DNA of 32,050 bases from Betaproteobacteria bacterium (GCA_043772415.1 JAYVGF010000055.1:1-32050), one strand, 5' to 3'. Positions 7,776 through 16,783 are shown, counted from the first letter of the stretch. Notes: generated by a model from the sequence alone, not told the origin. Made by a program: numbers and translations.

Positions 7776-8666
7776 TTAACGCTTATTCACCAGATAAATT
7801 CCCGCGCCGACGAGTAAAACCGACAAGCCGAACATCGCGCTGTACGGCTCGTGCAAAATAATCACGCCCGCCAACACGCCGAACAGCGGCGTAAAAAAAC
7901 TGAACACCAATATGCGAGAAGCAAAATAACGCGTGAGTAACCAGAACCACGCCAGATAACTGGCGAAAGCGACGATCACGCCTTGGTAAAACAAGCTGGT
8001 CACCAACATCGGCGTGACTTTGATCAAGCCCGGCTCGCCGATCAACCACGACGCGGGGAACAGCAGCAGCGTGGCAACACCGAGTTGATAAAATAAGGTT
8101 TTACCCGCGCTGACTCTTGCCAATTTGCTTGAGCGCACTACGACTGTGGTTGCCGCCCACAACACAGCGGCTATCAACGCCATGCTATCGCCGAGCAAAG
8201 TGCCGCGTCCCGCGCTGAATCCCTCTTGAAACGCAACCACGATACCCGCGAAAGCGACGAATATTCCCGCCCATTGCAGTGGGCGCAATTTTTCGCCCGG
8301 CACAAAAATATGCAAGCCCAACGCAGTCAGGCACGGCGCCAAATAGACAAACACCAGCAAGCGTGATGCCGTCGTATGCGCGAGGCCGGCAAACATAAAC
8401 AAGAATTCTCCAGCGAAAAGCACGCCGGCAAGAATGCCTGCCCGAAAGGTTCCATCGCGTTCAAACAGCGGCATACGGCGATAACGCATCCAGATTATCA
8501 ACATGGTGACCGCTATTAACGAACGCATCGCCGCTTGCATTACCAGCGACATATCCGGCGCGGCCAGCTTGGCCATCACCTGATTGATGCCCCAGAGAAA
8601 ACATAGGAAGACCATCAGGGCAAAAGCGGACAAGCCGGCGGGTTGGCGCCGATAAGGCAGATTCAT
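7776..8666 (-). CDS. DMT (EamA-type) family transporter
   Basis: About 296 aa with ten hydrophobic helices and two EamA-like halves. I chose the ATG at 8666 (MNLPYRRQPAGLSAFALMVF...) over the ORF-track start at 8765. Confidence 0.8.
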   Translation of the reverse strand: MNLPYRRQPAGLSAFALMVFLCFLWGINQVMAKLAAPDMSLVMQAAMRSLIAVTMLIIWMRYRRMPLFERDGTFRAGILAGVLFAGEFLFMFAGLAHTTASRLLVFVYLAPCLTALGLHIFVPGEKLRPLQWAGIFVAFAGIVVAFQEGFSAGRGTLLGDSMALIAAVLWAATTVVVRSSKLARVSAGKTLFYQLGVATLLLFPASWLIGEPGLIKVTPMLVTSLFYQGVIVAFASYLAWFWLLTRYFASRILVFSFFTPLFGVLAGVIILHEPYSAMFGLSVLLVGAGIYLVNKR

Positions 8667-8773
8667 ATTTTTTTGCAGCAGAAAATAATCTTGCAGAAGT
8701 ATATCGGCATTTGCGCTGCAAACGACGGACAAAAAAAATGCGCCTGTCGGCGCATTCGCAAACACAAGAAAAA

Positions 8774-9334
8774 CTAGTCTCGACTCAAGGCCAAAAATTC
8801 TGTGCGCATACCGAGATTAGTTTGCAACGCACCTAGCATGGCCGATGTCACCGTTTCTTCACCCGGTGTGCGGATGCCGCGGCTTTCCATGCACATATGG
8901 CGGCAACGGATAATCACGCCGGCCGCGTGGGGCTCGAGCTGCGTCATTAGCGTCTGGGCAATCTGGATGGTCAGTCGCTCCTGCACCTGCAGGCGGCGGG
9001 AATAACACTCAACCAAGCGCGTCAGTTTGGAGAGCCCGACGATCTTGCCATCAGGCACATACCCTATCGTCGCCGAGCCGAAAAACGGCGCCAGGTGATG
9101 TTCGCAATGGCTGTAAACCGGAATGCCGCGCACCACGATCAATTCATTGTATTTTTCCGCGCCGTCTTCGAAAACTTTGAGTATCTCCGCCGGGTTCTGC
9201 TGATAGCCGGAGGTCCAGAACTTCCACGCTTCATGCACACGGTGCGGCGTTTCTTTCAATCCAGGGCGATCAGGTTTTTCGCCCAAACTAACCAGCATCC
9301 GCTTCCAGTCCGCTTCGGTAAATTCGTTTGCCAT
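8774..9334 (-). CDS. folE: GTP cyclohydrolase I (type 1)
   Basis: 186 aa. GLKETPHRV, VYSHCEHHLAPFFG, GLSKLTRLV, RLQVQERLT and HMCMESRG are conserved FolE motifs. An AAGGA SD is present. Confidence 0.95.
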   Translation of the reverse strand: MANEFTEADWKRMLVSLGEKPDRPGLKETPHRVHEAWKFWTSGYQQNPAEILKVFEDGAEKYNELIVVRGIPVYSHCEHHLAPFFGSATIGYVPDGKIVGLSKLTRLVECYSRRLQVQERLTIQIAQTLMTQLEPHAAGVIIRCRHMCMESRGIRTPGEETVTSAMLGALQTNLGMRTEFLALSRD

Positions 9335-9544
9335 ATTTTTCCTTATTGATTAAGTGACCCGTTGTATGGATACGTTTTTGGCACAATTAGTTCTACGCAA
9401 TGATTAAATTATGATGAAAAGAAAACGCATTCTGTTAAGTTTTTCACAGGTTAAATGATAACACTTAGGCCATAATCAGCTTTTACGCTTATTCATCAGC
9501 CTAAGCAGAAGATGTGTTTGGGATAAGCCGGTCTTTAGTGTTAA

Positions 9545-9557
9545 AATCAATTAGTTA
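9545..9557 (+). promoter_or_regulatory. IHF-consensus-like 13-mer AATCAATTAGTTA (variant copy)
   Basis: Lies 20 nt upstream of the ATG at 9577, in the divergent folE / OmpA-like intergenic region. Confidence 0.4.
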
Positions 9558-9576
9558 GCTTACTTTCGGGGGAAAC

Positions 9577-10563
9577 ATGGCAGATATTTATGACGATGAT
9601 GAAGTGGAACAGAATAGCCCAAAAAGCAGTAAGGCTTGGCTGATATTCGGCGTTGGTTTGCTCGCAGCGGCCGCATTTGGTTGGCAGTTTCTCTCCAACT
9701 CCGGGCATACGCTCAGCTCGCTGCTAAGCGGCGGGACGCCAACGGAAAACCGGGATGCCGCGCCCACCTCCCGCCCCCTTAGCAGCGGGAAAATTACCAA
9801 TGGCAGCAGTGGCACCGATTCGGCGCCGGCCTTGGCAAATGCATCGACAACAAATGGCACAGCCAGCAATGAATCTTCCGGCTCACTGAAGATGACCGAT
9901 CTTTCCATGCCTGCTCCACCGGCGGCGAATCCTGCGCCTGCAGTTAACGTGGCCGACCCCGCCGCCGCCATCGCTGAAGTCACCAAAAAACTTGAGGACA
10001 AAAAAGCGGCTTTAGCAGCGGTTACCGCGAAAACGGCTTCCGACAAGGCCGCTATGGATAAAGTAGCTGCAGACAAAGCAGCTTCGGATAAAGCGGCTAG
10101 CGGCAAAATTGCGCAAGTAGCCGTCGCGCCAGCCGCCACTGTTCAAGGTTCCACACCACCGCTCAAAATGGACAAGGAATTCCGTTCATTGTTGTACGCC
10201 GTATTTTATCGCTGGGCATCAGCAGAAATGGGCCCGAATGCGCGCACCACCGTCAGCAAACTGATACCCGAAGCGCTCAAAGGCGTGAAGATCGTATTGA
10301 CCGGCCGCACGGATAGCACGGGCGACGCAGGCCTGAACAAAATCCTCGCCGAGCGCCGCGCAGCCGCCATCAAAAACGCATTCGTGAATAAAGGCGTCAG
10401 CGGTTCGATTATTGAAACCAATATCAATACCTCAGGCGAAACCAAGCTGAATGACGGAACTGTCACTCCATTATTGCCCAAAGCCGGCAATAGCCGCGCG
10501 CGTCGTGTGGATATTTATATCGAAGCCAAAGACGGTAACGGCGGCGGAATGAAGCCTAAGTAA
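9577..10563 (+). CDS. OmpA/MotB-domain protein with an N-terminal TM anchor and a low-complexity Ala/Ser/Asp/Lys linker
   Basis: 328 aa. One TM segment (AWLIFGVGLLAAAAFGW), a disordered S/T/A/P-rich region, A-x-DKAA repeats, and a C-terminal OmpA-like core (LTGRTDSTGDAGLNKILAERRAAAIKNAFVNKGV...RARRVDIYI). A GGGGGA SD is present. Confidence 0.8.
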   Translation: MADIYDDDEVEQNSPKSSKAWLIFGVGLLAAAAFGWQFLSNSGHTLSSLLSGGTPTENRDAAPTSRPLSSGKITNGSSGTDSAPALANASTTNGTASNESSGSLKMTDLSMPAPPAANPAPAVNVADPAAAIAEVTKKLEDKKAALAAVTAKTASDKAAMDKVAADKAASDKAASGKIAQVAVAPAATVQGSTPPLKMDKEFRSLLYAVFYRWASAEMGPNARTTVSKLIPEALKGVKIVLTGRTDSTGDAGLNKILAERRAAAIKNAFVNKGVSGSIIETNINTSGETKLNDGTVTPLLPKAGNSRARRVDIYIEAKDGNGGGMKPK

Positions 10564-10583
10564 TATTGCTTCTATGCACAAAT

Positions 10584-10612
10584 AAAAACGCCGCTTTTCA
10601 GCGGCGTTTTTT
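10584..10612. terminator. Bidirectional rho-independent terminator shared by the OmpA-like gene (+) and nrdB (-)
   Basis: aaaaaCGCCGCttttcaGCGGCGtttttt: a perfect 6-bp GC stem flanked by an A-run and a T-run. Confidence 0.8.
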
Positions 10613-10630
10613 ATTGCTTAAAAAAACCAA

Positions 10631-11791
10631 TCAGTCCCAGCTTAACGCCCCACCCGTTTGATATTCAATCACACGCGTCTCGAAAAAGTTTTTCTCTTTC
10701 TTGAGATCGATGAGTTCGCTCATCCACGGGAACGGATTGGTTGCGCCCGGATACAGCATGTCCAACCCGATTTGCTGGCAACGACGGTTGGCGACGAAGC
10801 GCAGGTATTCCTTGAACATCGGCGCATTCAAACCGAGCACGCCGCGCGGCATGGTGTCTTCGGCGTAGGCGTATTCCAGCTCAACCGCTTTGCGCATCAA
10901 GTCGGACATTTCCTGGCGGAATTCCGGTGTCCACAACTGCGGATTTTCCAGCTTGATGGTGTTGACCAAATCAATACCGAAATTGCAGTGCATCGATTCG
11001 TCGCGCAGGATGTATTGATACTGCTCGGCAGCACCGGTCATTTTGTTCTGCCGTCCGAGGGCAAGTATTTGCACAAAGCCCACATAGAAAAACAAGCCTT
11101 CCATGATGCAGGAGAACACGATCAGGCTTCTCAACAACTTCTGGTCGTTCTCCTGCGTGCCGGTGGTGAATTGCGGATCGGTCAACGTATCGATAAACGG
11201 AATCAGAAATTCGTCTTTGTCGCGGATTGATTTGACTTCGTGATAGGCGTTAAAAATTTCGCCTTCATCCAAGCCCAAGCTCTCGGCGATGTATTGGTAG
11301 GCGTGGGTGTGGATCGCTTCTTCAAACGCCTGACGCAACAAATATTGGCGGCATTCCGGCGCAGTGATGTGACGATACGTACCCAGCACGATATTGTTGG
11401 CGGCGAGAGAATCGGCGGTGACAAAAAAACCGAGATTGCGTTTGACCAAGCGGCGTTCGTCGTCGGTGAGACCGTTCGGGTCTTTCCACAACGCTATGTC
11501 GCGGTTCATGTTTACTTCTTGCGGCATCCAGTGATTGGCGCAGCCGGCCAGATATTTATCCCATGCCCATTTGTATTTGAATGGCACGAGCTGGTTTACG
11601 TCGGACTTGGCATTGATGATGCGCTTGTCTTCGGCGCGCACTCGGCCGAAACGCTCGGGGTGCGCAGTTTCTTCGCTGTTAAGCAAAAACTTGGGGATAT
11701 TGCCGGGCGCTTTCACTACGGAATCATCCATATTGGGCATAAAACCTTGCAAGCGCGGTTGCGCTGGTATGTCGTCTTCAAAATTAAGCAT
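10631..11791 (-). CDS. nrdB: Ribonucleotide-diphosphate reductase, class Ia, beta subunit
   Basis: 386 aa. [20 protein letters not shown] and [12 protein letters not shown] are the di-iron/tyrosyl-radical motifs. A GGAGA SD is present. Confidence 0.95.
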   Translation of the reverse strand: MLNFEDDIPAQPRLQGFMPNMDDSVVKAPGNIPKFLLNSEETAHPERFGRVRAEDKRIINAKSDVNQLVPFKYKWAWDKYLAGCANHWMPQEVNMNRDIALWKDPNGLTDDERRLVKRNLGFFVTADSLAANNIVLGTYRHITAPECRQYLLRQAFEEAIHTHAYQYIAESLGLDEGEIFNAYHEVKSIRDKDEFLIPFIDTLTDPQFTTGTQENDQKLLRSLIVFSCIMEGLFFYVGFVQILALGRQNKMTGAAEQYQYILRDESMHCNFGIDLVNTIKLENPQLWTPEFRQEMSDLMRKAVELEYAYAEDTMPRGVLGLNAPMFKEYLRFVANRRCQQIGLDMLYPGATNPFPWMSELIDLKKEKNFFETRVIEYQTGGALSWD

Positions 11792-11815
11792 GTTGTCTCC
11801 TGTAATACTTGGATA

Positions 11816-11838
11816 GGCGAACGCGTTAATCGTTCGCC
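11816..11838. other. GC-rich 8-bp hairpin in the kbp-nrdB intergenic region
   Basis: GGCGAACGcgttaatCGTTCGCC. The T-run is on the plus strand only, so for the minus-strand transcript this is not a canonical terminator. It may be a processing or stability element, or a terminator for antisense transcription. Confidence 0.3.
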
Positions 11839-11868
11839 CATCGTTTTTTATCTGTTTCTATTTTTTGT

Positions 11869-12375
11869 TCACGCTTCCTGCGGAGGAATGCGCAATACCT
11901 GACCGGGATAAATCTTGTCTGGATGGCTCAGCATCGGTGTGTTGGCTTCAAAAATGCCTTGATAGGCGCCGGCATCGCCGTATTCGGCTTTAGCGATTTT
12001 CGACAGCGTATCGCCGCTTTTTACGGTGTAATAAGTCGATTCCGGCTCACTCGACGCAACATCCATTTGGTCATCGACTTTATCCACGCCTTGTACGTTG
12101 CCGCAGCAAAGCAAAATCTTTTCTTTGGTTTCCTGATCTTCGGCGGTACCCGATACCGTCACGACGCCCTTGGCCGCATCGAACGATACCGCCAAATCAT
12201 CAGCCGTCAGATTCTGCGAATTGATGTAACCCATGATGGCGTTGGATGCTGCAACGTTAGCCAACTCCATGTTGACCGGTGTGGGTTCCGCAGCGGCTGC
12301 CTGTGTGGCGGCCTGTGCTTCGCCTTTACCGAACAATTTTTCGCCTGCACCTTTAATAAAGCTTAACAGTCCCAT
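11869..12375 (-). CDS. kbp: BON + LysM domain protein, Kbp/YgaU-like
   Basis: 168 aa. MGLLSFIKGAGEKLFGKG..., a BON segment (VTVSGTAEDQETKEKILLCCGNVQGVDKVDDQM) and a LysM segment (YYTVKSGDTLSKIAK...IFEANTPMLSHPDKIYPGQVLRIP) are collinear with E. coli YgaU/Kbp. A GGAGG SD is present. Confidence 0.85.
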   Translation of the reverse strand: MGLLSFIKGAGEKLFGKGEAQAATQAAAAEPTPVNMELANVAASNAIMGYINSQNLTADDLAVSFDAAKGVVTVSGTAEDQETKEKILLCCGNVQGVDKVDDQMDVASSEPESTYYTVKSGDTLSKIAKAEYGDAGAYQGIFEANTPMLSHPDKIYPGQVLRIPPQEA

Positions 12376-12467
12376 GTTGCCTCCATATATATAACAGTGG
12401 TTTGGTTTTTGGACCGGCTCACTAAGCCGCTCCGCTTGTTTACTACGGCACTACGGTAATACTGGCA

Positions 12468-12716
12468 TTACTGATGTTGCGTTCGGCGCGCCGCTTTGGC
12501 GCGACCCCGCGTGGGCATGACCACTTCGCCAAACAAATCGACCGAATAATTTTCGATCACCGGAATGTTGAAGGACATCTGCACCAAGCGTATCGCATCG
12601 AGACATTCCTGCTTGCTGCTGTAGCCGTCGGCGGAAATGGCCACGCTCTTGCCATTGTCAGCCAACAAGCGCCAACGGTATTCAGATGCGGCATCGAGCT
12701 CGATACGAAATTGCAT
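12468..12716 (-). CDS. DUF1508 (YegP-like) domain protein with a basic C-terminal tail
   Basis: 82 aa. FRIELDAASEYRWRLLADNGKSVAISADGYSSKQECLDAIRLV matches the DUF1508 repeat. A GGGGGAG SD is present. Confidence 0.7.
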   Translation of the reverse strand: MQFRIELDAASEYRWRLLADNGKSVAISADGYSSKQECLDAIRLVQMSFNIPVIENYSVDLFGEVVMPTRGRAKAARRTQHQ

Positions 12717-12778
12717 ACTCCCCCTTTTTTAATTTGGCGTTAACTACTGCGCCCCCGCGCCAACAAAAATACCAATAT

Positions 12779-12791
12779 AATCAAATAGTTA
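12779..12791 (+). promoter_or_regulatory. Recurrent 13-mer AATCAAATAGTTA (exact copy), IHF-consensus-like
   Basis: Ends 5 nt before the nrdA stop codon (12796-12798) and lies 63 nt upstream of the DUF1508 start. The 5' flank is accaatat. Confidence 0.45.
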
Positions 12792-12795
12792 CATA

Positions 12796-15669
12796 TTACT
12801 GGCAAGCTTCACATTCAGGATCGTCAATGGCGCAAAATTTTACTTCTTGCTCGGAAATCGAATTGCCTGCCAATGCACTCACACCACCATCAATCGCAAC
12901 GGAATTTAATTCACCGCCGCGACCGGTAGATTTTTCTGCGCTGGTGGCGGCGAGGGTGCGCAAATAATAAGTGGTCTTGAGGCCGCGCACCCACGCAAGT
13001 TTGTAGGTGTCGTCAAGCTTTTTACCCGATGCGCCGCTCATGTAAATATTGAGTGACTGCGCTTGGTCGATCCACTTCTGCCGACGCGATGCCGCTTCCA
13101 CTATCCATTTAGCATCGACTTCAAATGCTGTCGCGTAAAGGTCACGCATTTCCTGCGGCACGCGATCGACTTTCGCCAGCGAGCCGTCGAAATATTTCAA
13201 GTCGGAAACCATCACTGGATCCCACAGGTTTTTCTGTTTCAGGTCGCGCACCATGTAATCGTTGACTACGGTGAACTCGCCGGACAAATTGGATTTCACA
13301 AACAGGTTCTGGAACGTCGGCTCGATACACGCTGACACGCCGATGATATTGGCGATGGTAGCGGTCGGCGCGATGGCGACGCAATTGGAATTGCGCATAC
13401 CGAATTGTTTAATACGCTGACGCAAGCCAGTCCAGTCGAGCGCGCTGCTGCGGTCCACTTCGACATAGCCGCCGCGCTCTTCTGCCAGCAAGTCAATGGA
13501 ATCCTGCGGCAAAATGCCGCGATCCCATAACGAGCCTTTATACGATGAATAACGGCCACGCTCTTCCGCTAATTCGGTCGAAGCCCAGTAGGCTTGGTAA
13601 CAAACTTCTTCCATCGAGGTATCGGCAAACGCCACGGCTTGTTCGGAAGCATAAGGAATGCGCAGCTCATGCAAACAATCCTGGAAGCCCATGATGCCGA
13701 GACCGACCGGACGATGTTTCAAATTGGAGTTACGCGCTTTGGCTACCGGGTAAAAGTTAATGTCGATGACGTTATCCAGCATGCGCATTGCGGTACGGAT
13801 GGTGCGGCCGAGTTTGTCGAAATCCAACTTGCCGTCTTTCAAGTGCGCAACCAGATTGACCGAGCCTAAATTACACACGGCGATTTCGCTCTCATTGGTG
13901 TTGAGCGTAATTTCGGTACACAGATTGGAACTGTGCACCACGCCGACATGCTGCTGCGGGTTACGGATGTTGCACGGATCTTTGAAGGTGACCCACGGAT
14001 GGCCGGTCTCGAACAACATGGACAACATTTTGCGCCACAGATTATTCGCCGGTACTTTTTTGAACAGCTTAATTTCACCACGGCTGGCTTTGGCTTCGTA
14101 GCTCAAATAGGCGCGCTCAAAATCTTTGCCGAATTTGTCGTGCAAATCTTTCACGTCGCCCGGCGAGAACAAAGTCCATTCGCCGCCTTCCATGACGCGC
14201 TTCATGAACATATCGGGGATCCAGTTGGCCGTATTCATGTCATGCGTGCGACGGCGATCGTCGCCGGTATTTTTACGCAGCTCCAAAAATTCTTCGATAT
14301 CGAGATGCCAGGTTTCCAGATACGCGCATACCGCGCCTTTGCGCTTGCCGCCTTGATTCACCGCAACGGCGGTGTCGTTAACCACTTTCAGGAACGGCAC
14401 CACGCCTTGCGATTTGCCGTTGGTGCCTTTGATATGTGAACCGAGTGCGCGCACCGGCGTCCAGTCGTTGCCGAGACCGCCGGCGTATTTGGACAACAAA
14501 GCATTTTCTTTCAACGCTTCGTAAATGCCGTCGAGATCATCGGCCACTGTGGTGAGATAGCAAGATGATAATTGCGAACGACGTGTGCCGGAGTTAAACA
14601 ACGTCGGGGTCGAGGACATAAAGTCGAACGACGACATGATTTCGTAAAACTCAATCGCGCGCGCTTCGCGGTTCACTTCGTTCAGCGCGAGACCCATCGC
14701 CACGCGCATAAAGAAGGCTTGCGGTAATTCGATACGTTTTTCTTCGATGTGCAAAAAGTAACGGTCATTCAGGGTTTGCAAACCGAGGTAATTGAATTGG
14801 TTATCGCGCGAAGCGTCCAATGCCGCGCCGAGCCTGGCCAAGTCGTAATGCGCCAAACGCTCATCAAGCAATTCAGCCTTGATACCGGTTTTGATAAAGC
14901 CGGGGAAATATTCAGCATAGCGCGTGACCATTTGCGCCTGGGTGACTTCTTCGCCGAGAATTTCTTTGCGGATGGTGTGCATGAGCAAACGCGCCGTCAC
15001 TTTGCTATAGGCGGGATCTTGTTCGATCAAGGCACGCGCGGAGAGAATGGCGGACTTGAACACTTCGTCTTGCGGCACGCCGTCGTACAAATCTTTCAGC
15101 GTGTTTTCCAAAATCGGTTTGACGCTGACTGCTGGGCCCAGATTTTCGCAGGTCTCGGCAATAATCGATTCGAGATGCGCCAAATCGAGCGGGCGCTTGA
15201 CGCCATTTTCGGTCACATGCAATACCGCTACAGGTTTCGCGGCACTGGCTTCGGCTTTTTGCGCTGCGCGTGCCTGATTTTGCTTTTCGCGATACAACAC
15301 ATACGAACGCGCGACATCGTGCTCGCCTGAGCGCATCAGCGCCAACTCTACTTGATCTTGCACGTCTTCTATATGAAAAGTGCCGCCGGCCGGCTGCCGA
15401 CGCACCAACGCCGCAACCACGGACTCAGTCAATTGCGCCACCACTTCACGGATACGCGCAGACGCGGCACCTTGTCCGCCATTCACCGCAATAAACGCTT
15501 TGGTCAATGCGACGGAAATTTTACTCGGTTCAAACGCCACCACGGCACCGTTGCGACGTATCAATTTATACGCGGCGTATTGGGCGTTGGTGTGCGAAGC
15601 CGATTCTGCTGCCAGCATCGACAAGGGAATGGGGTTGGTTTGATTCATATCAGTGCCGGACAAACGCAT
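12796..15669 (-). CDS. nrdA: Ribonucleotide-diphosphate reductase, class Ia, alpha subunit
   Basis: 957 aa. Has an ATP-cone-like N-terminus, the catalytic motifs SSCYL, NLCTEI and CNLGS, and a C-terminal redox Cys pair (CEAC). A GGAGA SD lies 7 nt upstream of the ATG at 15669. Confidence 0.97.
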   Translation of the reverse strand: MRLSGTDMNQTNPIPLSMLAAESASHTNAQYAAYKLIRRNGAVVAFEPSKISVALTKAFIAVNGGQGAASARIREVVAQLTESVVAALVRRQPAGGTFHIEDVQDQVELALMRSGEHDVARSYVLYREKQNQARAAQKAEASAAKPVAVLHVTENGVKRPLDLAHLESIIAETCENLGPAVSVKPILENTLKDLYDGVPQDEVFKSAILSARALIEQDPAYSKVTARLLMHTIRKEILGEEVTQAQMVTRYAEYFPGFIKTGIKAELLDERLAHYDLARLGAALDASRDNQFNYLGLQTLNDRYFLHIEEKRIELPQAFFMRVAMGLALNEVNREARAIEFYEIMSSFDFMSSTPTLFNSGTRRSQLSSCYLTTVADDLDGIYEALKENALLSKYAGGLGNDWTPVRALGSHIKGTNGKSQGVVPFLKVVNDTAVAVNQGGKRKGAVCAYLETWHLDIEEFLELRKNTGDDRRRTHDMNTANWIPDMFMKRVMEGGEWTLFSPGDVKDLHDKFGKDFERAYLSYEAKASRGEIKLFKKVPANNLWRKMLSMLFETGHPWVTFKDPCNIRNPQQHVGVVHSSNLCTEITLNTNESEIAVCNLGSVNLVAHLKDGKLDFDKLGRTIRTAMRMLDNVIDINFYPVAKARNSNLKHRPVGLGIMGFQDCLHELRIPYASEQAVAFADTSMEEVCYQAYWASTELAEERGRYSSYKGSLWDRGILPQDSIDLLAEERGGYVEVDRSSALDWTGLRQRIKQFGMRNSNCVAIAPTATIANIIGVSACIEPTFQNLFVKSNLSGEFTVVNDYMVRDLKQKNLWDPVMVSDLKYFDGSLAKVDRVPQEMRDLYATAFEVDAKWIVEAASRRQKWIDQAQSLNIYMSGASGKKLDDTYKLAWVRGLKTTYYLRTLAATSAEKSTGRGGELNSVAIDGGVSALAGNSISEQEVKFCAIDDPECEACQ

Positions 15670-15917
15670 GATTCAATCTCCTGAAAAAATTTTATGGCGC
15701 TATTTCGTTGCTAACTGTTTTGCCTGCCTGTGATGCGTTTCGGAACGGTGAGCCGTGGCTTTTTACGCAAAGCCAAGTACTTACCGGGGAAAACGCTATA
15801 TCCCAGGCGGCGGAAAATCAGTCGTAAACTAAAAGTCCCGCTCGTTTTGTAATATTGATAAAGCTGAGAAAATCGGCCGCCGGGACAATTTCATCCACAG
15901 CTTATACACAATGATTT

Positions 15918-15933
15918 CCACAAGATGTTGTGG
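15918..15933 (-). promoter_or_regulatory. Putative NrdR box (promoter-distal)
   Basis: Minus strand reads CCACAACATCTTGTGG, with 6-bp perfect inverted arms. It matches 12 of 16 positions of the NrdR-box consensus acaCwAtATaTwGtgt as I recall it. Confidence 0.5.
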
Positions 15934-15949
15934 TTTGTGCCGCCGATAA

Positions 15950-15965
15950 AGACTAATGCTAGTGC
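15950..15965 (-). promoter_or_regulatory. Putative NrdR box overlapping the -10 element
   Basis: Minus strand reads GCACTAGCATTAGTCT, about 10 of 16 matches to the consensus. The centre-to-centre distance to the other box is 32 bp, the typical tandem spacing. Confidence 0.4.
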
Positions 15966-15984
15966 TTGAGGCAATTGATGTCAA
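15956..15984 (-). promoter_or_regulatory. Predicted sigma-70 promoter of nrdA
   Basis: Minus strand has TTGACA (15984-15979), a 17-nt spacer, then TAGCAT (15961-15956). This implies a 5' leader of roughly 280 nt. Confidence 0.4.
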
Positions 15985-16090
15985 ATAGAAAATTCGCACG
16001 GATTCATAGTTTGATGTATTGACAAAATCCGGTGGCAGGAAAATTGCGGAGAAATTGCCCTCAAACCGGGATAAAGAAAAAACTCAATAA

Positions 16091-16103
16091 AATCAAATAG
16101 TTA
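16091..16103 (+). promoter_or_regulatory. Recurrent 13-mer AATCAAATAGTTA (exact copy), IHF-consensus-like
   Basis: Ends 2 nt before the ampD stop codon (16105). The 5' flank is ctcaataa. Confidence 0.45.
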
Positions 16104-16104
16104 A

Positions 16105-16713
16105 CTAAAAAACACTGCGATAGCGCTGCCAGTCGAAATTCGGCCCCGGATCAGTCTTGCGGCTGGGGGCAATATCCGAATGTCCGGTGATATCGACAAT
16201 AGGATAAGCGCGTTTTAATAGCTGGGTGAGCGAGCTCAAAGCGACATATTGCGCATCGGTAAACGGCTCGGTATCCGTACCTTCCATTTCAATCCCGATG
16301 GAAAAATCATTGCAATTACTACGCTCGCGCCACGACGACACCCCCGCATGCCACGCACGCAAAATACACGGCACGAACTGCATCACCTCGCCATTGCGCC
16401 GGATAAAAAAATGCGCCGACACCTTGAGTCCGCGTAGGGTTTTATAGAATTCGTGCGACTCCCAATCGAGGCGATTGGTAAATAATTTCGCCACGTCATT
16501 GCCGCCGAACTCGCCCGGCGGCATGCTGATGTTATGAATCACCAATAATTCGATCGGCATGCCTTTCGGGCGCCGATTAAAATTGGGGGAACGTACACGC
16601 GTTGCGCCTTTCACCCAACCGTTTTCCTGCAAACGAAAACGCGCACCGGATAAGACCAGCACGGGCGTGTCGGTATTGGTTGGCGGAAAAGCTAATTGCT
16701 TGGCGATTTTCAT
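16105..16713 (-). CDS. ampD: 1,6-anhydro-N-acetylmuramyl-L-alanine amidase AmpD
   Basis: 202 aa. LLVIHNISMPPGEFGG, HFFIRRNGEVMQFV, AWHAGVSSW, NDFSIGIEMEG and ITGHSDIAPSRKTDPGPNFDW are amidase_2/AmpD motifs. Confidence 0.9.
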   Translation of the reverse strand: MKIAKQLAFPPTNTDTPVLVLSGARFRLQENGWVKGATRVRSPNFNRRPKGMPIELLVIHNISMPPGEFGGNDVAKLFTNRLDWESHEFYKTLRGLKVSAHFFIRRNGEVMQFVPCILRAWHAGVSSWRERSNCNDFSIGIEMEGTDTEPFTDAQYVALSSLTQLLKRAYPIVDITGHSDIAPSRKTDPGPNFDWQRYRSVF

Positions 16714-16783
16714 GAAGGATTTTTATTCGCACGCAAACGTATTCAGAATAAAAGTTTACAGAAATAGAAGTTTACAAAATAAA

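Noticed and set aside
9381-9397. TGGCACaattaGTTCT resembling a sigma-54 -24/-12 promoter upstream of the OmpA-like gene
   Set aside because: The -24 half is perfect, but the -12 element lacks the conserved GC (TTGC). It also lies 180 nt from the ATG with no enhancer-like repeats seen, so it is most likely chance.
9411-9458. 15-codon mini-ORF (MMKRKRILLSFSQVK) in the folE / OmpA-like divergent region
   Set aside because: It has no SD and no conservation evidence, and it sits in A/T-rich intergenic sequence, so it is likely random.
9588-10139. 183-aa minus-strand ORF antisense to the OmpA-like gene
   Set aside because: It is an artefact of the Ala-rich low-complexity linker (GCN codons read in reverse). 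The sense ORF has a TM anchor, an SD and an OmpA domain.
10658-11902. Plus-strand ORFs of 190 and 220 aa antisense to nrdB (and 13933-14439 and 14749-15330 antisense to nrdA)
   Set aside because: The minus-strand frames carry unambiguous RNR motifs over their full length. The antisense ORFs have no recognisable features.
15670-15955. Long nrdA leader as a possible cobalamin or other riboswitch
   Set aside because: I could not find a B12 box (GCCACTG-type) or other conserved riboswitch core. Only generic hairpins are present. An Rfam scan is needed to be sure.
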